DNA from: Steroidobacteraceae bacterium
GTDB lineage: Bacteria > Pseudomonadota > Gammaproteobacteria > Steroidobacterales > Steroidobacteraceae
Reading direction: 5' to 3'
Assembly: GCA_036489335.1 (NCBI GenBank)
Contig: DASXFY010000018.1
Coordinates: 337-64,336 of the forward strand
DNA: 64,000 nucleotides
Shown: piece by piece, positions 1 through 7,736 of the stretch
How positions within the stretch are numbered: the first letter of the stretch is position 1
Layout: each line of letters starts with the position of its first letter
The notes under the pieces: model-generated
The model's input: the letters and a program-made list of their open reading frames with translations, nothing else
Database searches by the model: none
Told to the model about the DNA's origin: nothing
Made by a program: the position numbers and the translations under genes

Positions 1-672
1 CTCGAGGATCAGCGGCACGCGGGCCTGACTTGCTGAATCGCCGGGAAGGTGTCCTGGCAGGGCATTGTGAAACGCGGAACTCCCAAGCAAAGCTTTTACC
101 TGAGTGCTGAGATGTTTACGGATTTCAGCCGACGCGACGGCGGCCTCGTCTACGAGTTCGGGACGGCCGTCTACGATAGTGGTGATGTCTTCGAGATCGT
201 GGCTGGCTAGGAAGTCTCCATGTCCGCGATCGGCGAATGCTTCCAGTTTTGTCGCGATGAACACGGGGGCGCTGATCAGCCGAATCGAGGTCCCGCTGGG
301 GAGGACGTGGGTGAGGGCCGTACGAACGGCTTCCTCATACCAGCGGTTCCCGAAACCCAGGACCGCCTTGTCAGTCGGCATCACGTCGAGGAGGGCGCTA
401 CCAGCCAGCCACCGGCAGACGGGTGCATCTTGGCTGCGATCGTGACGCAATCCAGCCTGCTCGAGTTGGCGCTCCACCGTGTGGTATTCGCCTAGCGAGA
501 CGGCCTCGACAATGACGTCGACGTCGCGAGTAGTACGCACGGGTGGTGCGCCTGCCTCGGTAATGAGGAGGCCGGTGACGCAGCCGCCGATGAAAACGAA
601 TCGCGGACACAGTGATCCCAAGGCAGCGACGACTGACTCCAACAGCGGTAGGTTGGGGTTCGCGACGCTCAT
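1..672 (-). CDS. Nucleotidyltransferase-fold protein, AbiEii-like putative toxin (partial, C-terminus beyond window edge)
   Basis: Minus-strand frame open from ATG at 672 to base 1. It is absent from the ORF track because it runs off the edge. Hand translation: MSVANPNLPLLESVVAALGSLCPRFVFIGGCVTGLLITEAGAPPVRTTRDVDVIVEAVSLGEYH...ALPGHLPGDSASQARVPLILE. The GG-x(n)-DVDV pattern is typical of minimal NTase folds. ATGA start/stop overlap with the upstream wHTH gene. Confidence 0.6.
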   Translation of the reverse strand, partial: MSVANPNLPLLESVVAALGSLCPRFVFIGGCVTGLLITEAGAPPVRTTRDVDVIVEAVSLGEYHTVERQLEQAGLRHDRSQDAPVCRWLAGSALLDVMPTDKAVLGFGNRWYEEAVRTALTHVLPSGTSIRLISAPVFIATKLEAFADRGHGDFLASHDLEDITTIVDGRPELVDEAAVASAEIRKHLSTQVKALLGSSAFHNALPGHLPGDSASQARVPLILE

Positions 673-1268
673 GCAAAGCGTTCCTCCAGCAGTTTGGCAG
701 CCAAGTTGCGTTCGCGGGCTGCACCTCCGCGCAACGCATCAAATAGAGCGAGGGTCTCGTACAGCGCTGCATCTTTGCGAGCCGCCTGAGGAACCGAAGG
801 GTACAAGGGATAGAAAGCGATTCCACGTCGTTCGCCGTCCGCGGTAGGCCACACTGGTGGTAATTCAGTCTCGGGCTGGACTATCTGATCGCGGAGCGGC
901 GGCGCGGCATAGGCCGTCGGCACGCCGCGTGTCAGTGCACCGACCGTGGCCGGAAAGGCGTACTTCGCCCCATGCAGCAGGAATTCCTTCAGAGCGGCCT
1001 TCGTGACTTGCAACTCACCGGTTGCCAGATGAAGCAATCTGGCCTCCCTTGCCCGGCCCACGCTGCCATGGACCTCCGATGCGGACATCGACAATTCCGC
1101 CGATAGATCCGCGAAGCTGCGGCGCTTATCGCCTGTGCCCAGCAGCTTCAGCAGGACGACGAGGTCCTGTGGCTTGAGGACGATCTGCGGGTTACTTTGG
1201 CGCTTCAACGCATTCTCTATTCGCGATTCGCGAATAGAGAATATAGCGCCCTTCTGGCTCCCCATCAA
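669..1268 (-). CDS. AbiEi-like wHTH antitoxin/transcriptional regulator (start uncertain: ATG 1268/1265 or TTG 1208)
   Basis: 199-aa ORF translationally coupled (ATGA) to the NTase gene. N-terminal wHTH-like segment: LVVLLKLLGTGDKRRSFADLSAELSMSASEVHGSVGRAREARLL. The size and gene order match type IV AbiE modules. A 31-bp palindrome covers codons 9-19 of the longest ORF. Confidence 0.55.
   Translation of the reverse strand: MMGSQKGAIFSIRESRIENALKRQSNPQIVLKPQDLVVLLKLLGTGDKRRSFADLSAELSMSASEVHGSVGRAREARLLHLATGELQVTKAALKEFLLHGAKYAFPATVGALTRGVPTAYAAPPLRDQIVQPETELPPVWPTADGERRGIAFYPLYPSVPQAARKDAALYETLALFDALRGGAARERNLAAKLLEERFA
1212..1242. promoter_or_regulatory. Perfect 31-bp palindrome (15-bp arms, 1-bp centre), candidate AbiEi operator
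   Basis: ATTCTCTATTCGCGA-T-TCGCGAATAGAGAAT, read directly from the sequence. It ends 4 nt upstream of an in-frame TTG (1208). Confidence 0.5.
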
Positions 1269-1406
1269 CCTCTAAGATTCGCCGCAGAGGCGCGGGAATT
1301 TTGCGGGAATCGGTTGTGCTCGGTGGTGCTTCGTCGTGCCAATCGCAACGGGGCGTCCCTTGGCAAGTTATTGAATATAAAGGCTATCTTAAGCGGAGCG
1401 GCCGGC

Positions 1407-1558
1407 TCATAATGCCTGCTTCTGGGAAGGCAGCCGCCGGTCGTCCTCGATCCGGTACGCGCTCGCCACACTGATCGCCGCCTTCGCCGCGACCGCCGCC
1501 ACCGACTCGGTGAGTCTGTGCTCCTCATCTGGTGATCGTTGATGTGTCGGCCGGGCAC
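1407..1558 (-). pseudogene. N-terminal stub of a DDE (rve/Mu-type) transposase, frameshifted and truncated
   Basis: Two minus-strand frames read VPGRHINDHQMR and then ...RLTESVAAVAAKAAISVASAYRIEDDRRLPSQKQAL*. This resembles the MPGRHxTDHQMRLYM...AAAKAxIS..TAYR...RLPSQK N-terminal HTH of a transposase family I recall only from memory. Nothing downstream continues the protein. Confidence 0.35.
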
Positions 1559-1839
1559 GAGGCGGATCCTCTTAGGGAGCGTCCCGTCCTCATACCCGAT
1601 CGGCCACGATCACCGGCAGTCTCGCCCCACCCGGGGCGGACCGCCGCCCCGGTTCTCTCATCCTGATTGACGCGCTGCACAGAGCATCATTCCGGTTAGA
1701 GCCGGCTGCGTGCAACCGGACCACTGACATCGCTGGTCCTCGTAGATGCATGGAGATGCCCAACCAACAGGTTGAGCGGCCGCGCAGCGGCGACCGAGAC
1801 AACGCCCGACGTCGGGCAAAGGCCGCCGGCGCTACTGGA

Positions 1840-1874
1840 CATCATGATGCTAAAATGATAGCATCATGATGCTA
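1840..1874 (+). promoter_or_regulatory. vapBC operator: two copies of CATCATGATGCTA, 22 bp centre to centre
   Basis: Copies at 1840-1852 and 1862-1874. Each contains the self-complementary 10-mer CATCATGATG. The second extends to the 16-bp palindrome TAGCATCATGATGCTA, which ends on the A of the vapB ATG. Confidence 0.6.
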
Positions 1875-2122
1875 TGAGAACAACCCTGACTTTGGACGAG
1901 GATATTGCCGCGCGGCTTCAGGCTGAGTCCCGACGCACGGGCCGGTCCTTCAAGACCGTCGTCAACGAGTACCTGCGAGCAGGGCTTGCCCGGCGGCGAA
2001 CTGCACAAGCCGTCCGATCGTTCCGAGTTGAGCCCGTGCATCTGGGTCCGCCGATTCCCGGGCGCTCTTACGATCGCATCAGCACTCTGTTGGAGGAAAC
2101 CGAAGGAGAAGAGCACCAGTGA
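1874..2122 (+). CDS. vapB: Type II antitoxin VapB-like (RHH/DUF2191-type)
   Basis: 82 aa starting MRTTLTLDEDIAARLQAESRRTGRSFKTVVNEYLRAGL. It overlaps the downstream PIN gene by 4 nt. Confidence 0.85.
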   Translation: MRTTLTLDEDIAARLQAESRRTGRSFKTVVNEYLRAGLARRRTAQAVRSFRVEPVHLGPPIPGRSYDRISTLLEETEGEEHQ

Positions 2123-2562
2123 AGCTCCTGGATGCGAACGTCCTCCTGTACGCCTATAACGCCGATTCTCCGCACCACGCGGTGTGTCGGGCCTGGCTCG
2201 AAAGCGCCCTCAATGATGCGGAGGAAACCGTGGCCCTCCCGTGGCAAAGCGTTCTTGCATTCGTGCGGATCGCAACGAATCCTCGCGCCGTGATCAGGCC
2301 TCTCACCAGTGAAACTGCATGCGCCATCGCCCGGCAATGGTTAGAACATCCGAACGTTGTCGCGGTGGGGTACGGTGAGAGATTCTGGCCCCTATTCTGC
2401 GAGCAAGTGGGTGAGGCCAAGGTGAGCGGAGCTCTCGTCAGCGATGCAGCCCTCGCTGCCGTAGCCCTTGAGCAGGGAGCGACGCTGTGCTCCACCGACA
2501 AGGACTTCCGGCGGTTCGCGGCATTGAAATTGATCGATCCACTGCAACCATCTTCGAACTAG
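2119..2562 (+). CDS. vapC: PIN-domain toxin VapC
   Basis: 147 aa. Starts MKLLDANVLLYAY and has the C-terminal LCSTDKDFRRF motif. GTG start overlaps the vapB stop. Confidence 0.9.
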   Translation: MKLLDANVLLYAYNADSPHHAVCRAWLESALNDAEETVALPWQSVLAFVRIATNPRAVIRPLTSETACAIARQWLEHPNVVAVGYGERFWPLFCEQVGEAKVSGALVSDAALAAVALEQGATLCSTDKDFRRFAALKLIDPLQPSSN

Positions 2563-2570
2563 CAGTTTGA

Positions 2571-3682
2571 CGGAACCTTCGCGGATACGTCCTCCTCCTA
2601 CGCGGCCAGAAAGTATCGCTCGATACCGAGCTCGCCGCGCTCTATGGCGTGACCACACGACGGCTGATTGAGCAGGTCCGCCGCAACAGGAGGCGCTTCC
2701 CCGAGGACTTCCTTTTCGAGCTCACTGCCGCCGAGTTCGCGAACTTGAAGTCGCGTTTTGGGGATGGGTCAGGATATTTTGTTGATCGGATGACCGTTGC
2801 AGACGACTGTCGGCCGAAGCCGCAGCAACGCCGTTGCCCACAGCAGGACGGACTTCGGATTCGAGCCGGCGCGGCTGCTGCGAAACATCTCTCGGAGCAA
2901 TCGGCACATAGATTCTATGGAATTTGTGGTATGCGGTAGTCCGAGATCGGGGTGGGCGAGATAGGTACGGCAGTACGCGATAGAGTTGAGGAACTCCCGG
3001 ACCCATGGCCTGGATGCGTTCCGTCCCGCAGTCGCCTTGGGATAGACGGCGCAGCCGATGAACCACCGCATTGAGCTTGCGCCCATCTGGCAACTCTAGC
3101 CCTTGGCGGATGAGCCGGTGGATCTCTTCGCGCACAGCCCCGCCGCGGAGGCGGTGGCGCACTCGACCGCGTTGTGCCTGTATTTTCAGCAGCAAATGGA
3201 AATGACACAGCTAGGAACCAGCGCTGTTGAGCAGCGATCTTGTGCATCCCCGCCGCACCCGAGCCGTACAGCATGGGGACTTCGCATGCATGCTCTTCAT
3301 GCATGTGAATTACCTCAGAACCGACCCTTCAACCCCCTGAAATTGAAGTCCTTCCTCGATTGAGGATCAACAGAATTTCCTTACCCATCCTCAGTTTGCG
3401 ACATCAAGTTGGGGCGGCCGTCGCAAGCTTCCGCTTGCCTTCACGGAGCACGGCGCGATCCAGGCCGCCACCATCCTCAACAGCCCCCGCGCCGTCGAGA
3501 TGAGCGTCTATGTGGTGCGTGCTTGCATGAAGCTGCGGGACCTGGCCTCGAACAAGGTACTCGCCCGAGGACTCGATGAGCTCGAGGCGCGCATCGAGAG
3601 GAGGCTTACCACGCTAACCATCCGAAGTACTTGGACCGCAAGCAGCGGAAAAAGTGTCACCTATTTACGCAGTTCTCAATAG
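2571..3682 (+). pseudogene. ORF6N (KilA-N-related) domain gene, lacking a start codon and split by a 629-bp insertion
   Basis: Part 1 (2571-2761) reads ...LLLRGQKVSLDTELAALYGVTTRRLIEQVRRNRRRFPEDFLFELTAAEFANLKSRF. Part 2 (3393-3682) resumes QFATSSWGGRRKLPLAFTEHGAIQAATILNSPRAVEMSVYVVRACMKLRDLASNKVLARGLDELEARIE. Together they are colinear with the ORF6N family consensus as I remember it. Confidence 0.75.
2762..3390 (-). mobile_element. Internally deleted IS-derived element (IS256/Mutator-like transposase C-terminal remnant) with 26-bp terminal inverted repeats
   Basis: Left end is GGATGGGTCAGGATATTTTGTTGATC (2762-2787). The reverse complement of the right end (3365-3390) is GGATGGGTAAGGAAATTCTGTTGATC, a 23/26 match. 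The minus-strand remnant reads ...YPKATAGRNASRPWVREF...LGLPHTTNSIESMCRLLREMFRSSRAGSNPKSVLL, ends inside the left repeat, and is broken over three frames upstream. Confidence 0.6.
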
Positions 3683-3705
3683 TTAATACCTGGAGTTCTC
3701 AATCC

Positions 3706-4595
3706 ATGGACCGCCTGCTCAGCATGGAAGTATTCGTCGCCACCGTGGATCGGGGCAGTTTCACTGCGGCCGCGCGCGCGTTTCGCATTACGCCTGCCAT
3801 GGTGGGCAAGCACATTCGGGGGCTCGAGGAGCGGCTCGGGGCGCGACTCCTCACCCGCACGACCCGTCACCAGAGCATGACCGAGATAGGCCGCAACTAC
3901 TACGAGCGTTGCGGACAAATCCTCGGGGCTGTCCGCGATGCGGAAGCAAGTGCGGAGGCCATGCGGGTCGCGCCAAAGGGCGAATTCCGAATCACGGCGC
4001 CGATTTCGTTCGGTGCCTTGCGTCTCGCGCCCGCACTCGCCGACTATCTGGCGGCCTATCCTGAAGTCGGCGTCGAGCTCGACCTCACTGATCAAGTGGT
4101 AGACGTCGTCAAGGAAGGCTTCGACGCCGCCATACGGATCGGACCTCTCGCCGACTCGTCGCCAGACGCCTCCAGCCGTATCGAATGATGATCTGCGCCG
4201 CCCCGAGTTACCTCAAGCGCGCGGGCGTTCCGGAAACGCCCGCGGACTTGGCAGGCCACACATGCTTCGCCTTCACGCTGTGGCGAAATTACGGCGGCTG
4301 GGCGCTCGGGCAGACCGGGCGGCTGCCGGTCAAACCTCCCGCATGCCGCCTGCGCTCCAATAATGCGCTCGCGCTCCGCGCCGCTGCGCTGCAAGGGGTA
4401 GGCCTCATCCTCCAACCGGAGGTCGTACTTGCCGAGGACGTGGCGGCCGGCCGTCTCGTCCAGGTGCTATCGAAATATGCGCCGCCGCCCCGACCGATGA
4501 GCCTGCTCTATCCCCGCGATCGCCGACCTACGTCGAAGATCACCACATTCATCGACTTTGTGCTGCGGCGGTTCGGCGAGAGGTTACGTCGCTAG
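3706..4595 (+). pseudogene. LysR-family transcriptional regulator with a frameshift near 4140-4165
   Basis: N-terminal frame: MDRLLSMEVFVATVDRGSFTAAARAFRITPAMVGKHIRGLEERLGARLLTRTTR...AAIRIGPLADSS, running into a stop at 4186. The second frame continues RLVARRLQPYRMMICAAPSYLKRAGVPETPADL... to 4595. Confidence 0.8.
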
Positions 4596-4758
4596 CACGT
4601 AGACCACATCGAGAGCTGTCCGGCCTGTTCAAGCTGACGCGCGAGCGCATGATATTCGAACTCAGCTCAGCGGCGTTCCCTGCTTTGATGTTGCCAAATG
4701 CATCATCAAAGCCCGCTCGATGAGCTCGAGCGCAGCCCGGACGCGAACGCGCGTCCCG

Positions 4759-5181
4759 CTAACCCTTCTTACGCCCCTCTGCCTGCCCCACGGTCGTCCA
4801 ATGAACATGGTCCGTGGACTGTTCGATGCGCAGCGTTACTTTCGTCGCCGACTCGTAGTGATAGATGATGTGCCAGTTCATGTTGCCGGACTTGCCATCG
4901 TACGTCCACGTGCCGCCTGCCACGGTCATGCGCGCAATGAAAGGGCTGCCGCCATCGTCCGTGAACACTTCGTAGTGCCAGTAGCTTTTGTCGCTGGGGT
5001 TGTATGTGCTGATGGCCAGCGACTTCTGCAGGCCGTCGGGCCCGGACATGCGATACGTGGCGCATAGGCTATCATCCAAGGCGGGTATGTCGGGACCGAC
5101 ATGTTGATTCTTCGCGCATTGCTGAACAAGGCCAAACAGACCTCCTTTTCTGCCAATTAGAATGTCTTCGACCAAAGTCAT
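4759..5181 (-). CDS. Hypothetical beta-rich protein (possibly DUF1579/lipocalin-like); start uncertain
   Basis: The ORF 4759-5253 has good codon bias. The longest form and the ATG at 5181 both overlap the divergent GlxA start (5162), so the true start is probably further in. Confidence 0.45.
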   Translation of the reverse strand: MTLVEDILIGRKGGLFGLVQQCAKNQHVGPDIPALDDSLCATYRMSGPDGLQKSLAISTYNPSDKSYWHYEVFTDDGGSPFIARMTVAGGTWTYDGKSGNMNWHIIYHYESATKVTLRIEQSTDHVHWTTVGQAEGRKKG

Positions 5182-6151
5182 CGCATTCGTTCCCTTCGAC
5201 GATTCGCTGGCGCTGAACGTTGCCGGGCCGGCGGAGGCATTCGCCGGTGCCAATCGCTTATCGGGCGAGAGCCCCCCTCTTTATGAGCAAACCTACCTCT
5301 CCACGACCGGTGGTCTGGTGCGAACTGGCTCTGGCATATCGATTCAGACACATTCCATCGCGTCCATCGATTTGAATCATCTCGACACCATCATCGTAGT
5401 TGGCGGGGTCACAGTCGTCGAAGCCATGCGCGATGCCGCGCTAATAGAATGGATCAGCCGCGCATCCGCGGTGGTGCGGCGCACCTGTAGCGTATGCACG
5501 GGCGCATTTCTCTTGGCGAAGGCGAACCTGCTGGATGGGCGCCGTGCCGTGACACACTGGGCATCCGTGGATGACCTGCGCACCCAGTTTCCGACCGTTG
5601 ATGTGCAACTTGACCCTATCTACGTCAAAGACGGCAACATCTGGACTTCCGCGGGCATTTCCGCGGGCGTCGATCTGGCGCTGACACTGGTCGGCGTAGA
5701 TCACGGGCGACACCTCAGCCTTGCGGTCGCCAGGGACCTGGTCGTCTTTCTCCATCGCCAAGGCGGTCAGGCCCAATTCAGCCGTACATTGGCCAGTCAG
5801 TCGAGCGCCGCTGCGCGCAGCACCGACTCGCAGCTCGAAGCTGTGCATGCGTGGATCGTCGAGCATATCGACGAGGAGCTCACCACCGAGCTGCTCGCCA
5901 ATCGCCTAAAAATGGCGCCGCGCACTTTCGCACGCAAGTTCGTCGATTGGTATGGCCGGACACCTGCCAAACTGATTGAAGACCTTCGCCTCGAAACAGC
6001 ATGTCGGCATCTGACCGAGAACGAAGCGCCGATCAAACAAATCGCACATCTTTGTGGTTTCGGCGATGAGGAACGCATGAGACGGCTGTTCATGCGGCGT
6101 CTGCGCATATCGCCTGCTGGCTATAGGAAGCAGTATGGAATGCTCAAGTGA
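5162..6151 (+). CDS. GlxA-family transcriptional regulator (DJ-1/PfpI domain + AraC HTH)
   Basis: 329 aa. N-terminal DJ-1-like region includes CSVCTGAFLLAKANLLDGRRAVTHW. The C-terminal AraC HTH includes IKQIAHLCGFGDEERMRRLFMRRLRISPAGYR. Confidence 0.9.
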   Translation: MSSTKVIAFVPFDDSLALNVAGPAEAFAGANRLSGESPPLYEQTYLSTTGGLVRTGSGISIQTHSIASIDLNHLDTIIVVGGVTVVEAMRDAALIEWISRASAVVRRTCSVCTGAFLLAKANLLDGRRAVTHWASVDDLRTQFPTVDVQLDPIYVKDGNIWTSAGISAGVDLALTLVGVDHGRHLSLAVARDLVVFLHRQGGQAQFSRTLASQSSAAARSTDSQLEAVHAWIVEHIDEELTTELLANRLKMAPRTFARKFVDWYGRTPAKLIEDLRLETACRHLTENEAPIKQIAHLCGFGDEERMRRLFMRRLRISPAGYRKQYGMLK

Positions 6152-6205
6152 CGTTGGCGACACCGTCAGGGCCTATCGGGAGCGACAACGTCGGGCGTCG
6201 TGAAC

Positions 6206-6227
6206 GCGCAGAGCGTACGATCTGCGC
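6206..6227. promoter_or_regulatory. Near-palindrome GCGCAGAGCGTACGATCTGCGC abutting the LysR start codon
   Basis: 7-bp perfect outer arms (GCGCAGA/TCTGCGC) around a CGTACG core. It ends 1 nt before the ATG at 6228. Confidence 0.3.
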
Positions 6228-7157
6228 ATGCGGCACATCAACCTCGACCTCGATACCCTCCGAACCCTGGCCGTCGCGCACTACCGTGGCGGGCTAGCGC
6301 AAGCCGCCGAGCATCTCGGTCGGACTCCGTCGGCTATCAGCCTGCAGATGAAACGCCTGCAGGACGATCTCGGCGTCGCCATCTTTGTAAAGCGCGGACG
6401 ACGGCTTGGGCTGACTGAGAATGGGGAGGTGGCCCTCGCGTATGCACGCAGGATCCTCGCACTCAATGACGAGCTGCTCGATACCACACAGCGCGCTGGC
6501 ATCAGCGGCGCGATCCGCCTCGGCGCCCCGCAGGACTTCGCATCGGTCTTGCCGGAAGTCCTCGCGCACTTCGCCGCGCTCTATCCGCGCATGCAGATCG
6601 AGCTCCTGATCGAGGGTAACGCCAGTCTGCTCGAGGCCGTGCAGAGCGCGCGCATCGATCTCGCCGCGATCATCGGTCGGAATGGCGCTGGGACTGGGGA
6701 GACCATCGGCCATGTCGAAATGGGGTGGATCGCTTCCTCCAGTTTCAGCCCACGAGAGAAGCAGCCGCTGCCGCTCGCGGTCCTGGGTCCGAAGTGCGCC
6801 TTTCGCCGCTGTGCCATCGAGCGTCTAGAAGAGGCCGACATTGAGTTCCGGATCGCCGCCAGCAGCCCAAGCCTCGACGGGCTCTGGGCGGCGCTGCGCG
6901 GTGGGCTCGGTGTGACGGCACGTGCGGCGCTCGATCTTCCCGAGGGGCTTGCTTTCGATCGCATCCTGCACGGCTTACCTGCGCTTGGGAGCCTGCCGGT
7001 CACAGTGCACCGCAACGCGGGTGCAAAGGGGGAGGCCGTGGACCGCATGGCGGCGCTTTTGACGGATGCACTGAAGCCGGTTCTTCACCGTGACCGGAGG
7101 GGCAAGGCTGTGAGGCGGGTGGCACGTCGCGCGTCGGGCCAGGGGGCTCAAAAGTGA
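6228..7157 (+). CDS. LysR-family transcriptional regulator
   Basis: 309 aa. HTH region: LRTLAVAHYRGGLAQAAEHLGRTPSAISLQMKRLQDDLG. LysR substrate-binding domain layout follows. Confidence 0.9.
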   Translation: MRHINLDLDTLRTLAVAHYRGGLAQAAEHLGRTPSAISLQMKRLQDDLGVAIFVKRGRRLGLTENGEVALAYARRILALNDELLDTTQRAGISGAIRLGAPQDFASVLPEVLAHFAALYPRMQIELLIEGNASLLEAVQSARIDLAAIIGRNGAGTGETIGHVEMGWIASSSFSPREKQPLPLAVLGPKCAFRRCAIERLEEADIEFRIAASSPSLDGLWAALRGGLGVTARAALDLPEGLAFDRILHGLPALGSLPVTVHRNAGAKGEAVDRMAALLTDALKPVLHRDRRGKAVRRVARRASGQGAQK

Positions 7158-7226
7158 AGGCTCGCTCAACTATCGGTTGAGAGGAATCAAATTGTCGCGA
7201 CTTCGGAGCCCCATTAGATTGGGCGC

Positions 7227-7712
7227 ATGAGAAAAACCACTTTGCTCCTCGCACTACTGGCGATTGCTCCCCTTACGGCGATCGCCCAGACCCCATCCAT
7301 TGTCGGGACTTGGACTCTCGCCGGAGCGGAGAAACTTCTCCCGGACGGCAGGCGGATTGCCGATTATGGTCCCAATCCCCACGGCCTCGTCATCTTCACT
7401 GCCAACGGTTATTACTCGGTGCAGATCTACCGCGCCGAGCGCCTCAAGTTCTCCTCCGGAGACAAGCTCAAGGGAACGCCCGAGGAATACCGGGACGCTT
7501 CGCTCAGCACGAGCGTCCACTTTGGACGCTATTCGTTGGATGCAGCGAGTCACACCATCACTTTCCGCATCGACCGGAGCTCTTTTCCGAATCAGGACGA
7601 CACCATCCAGGTGCGTCCCTACGAGATGAAAGGGGACGAGCTCTCGTGGAAGGTCGCTCCGCGGCCCGACGGCTCGGTGCCGATTACCATTCTGCGGCGC
7701 GTGGGTGCCTAG
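7227..7712 (+). CDS. Secreted lipocalin-like domain protein
   Basis: Signal peptide MRKTTLLLALLAIAPLTAIAQ, followed by the GTWTLAGAEKLLPDGRRI...GLVIFTANGYYSVQI pattern of lipocalin-like (PF13924-type) proteins. Confidence 0.8.
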   Translation: MRKTTLLLALLAIAPLTAIAQTPSIVGTWTLAGAEKLLPDGRRIADYGPNPHGLVIFTANGYYSVQIYRAERLKFSSGDKLKGTPEEYRDASLSTSVHFGRYSLDAASHTITFRIDRSSFPNQDDTIQVRPYEMKGDELSWKVAPRPDGSVPITILRRVGA

Positions 7713-7736
7713 CGCGACCAGGTGGCGAGGGGCGTA

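Noticed and set aside
4926-5156. 76-aa minus-strand ORF that follows the strong AAAGGAGG at 5141-5148.
   Set aside because: The translation (MAEKEVCLALFSNARRINMSVPTYPPWMIAYAPRIACPG...) is out of frame with the better-looking 4759-5253 ORF and has no protein-like character. The Shine-Dalgarno sequence more likely serves the 4759 gene from an unresolved start.
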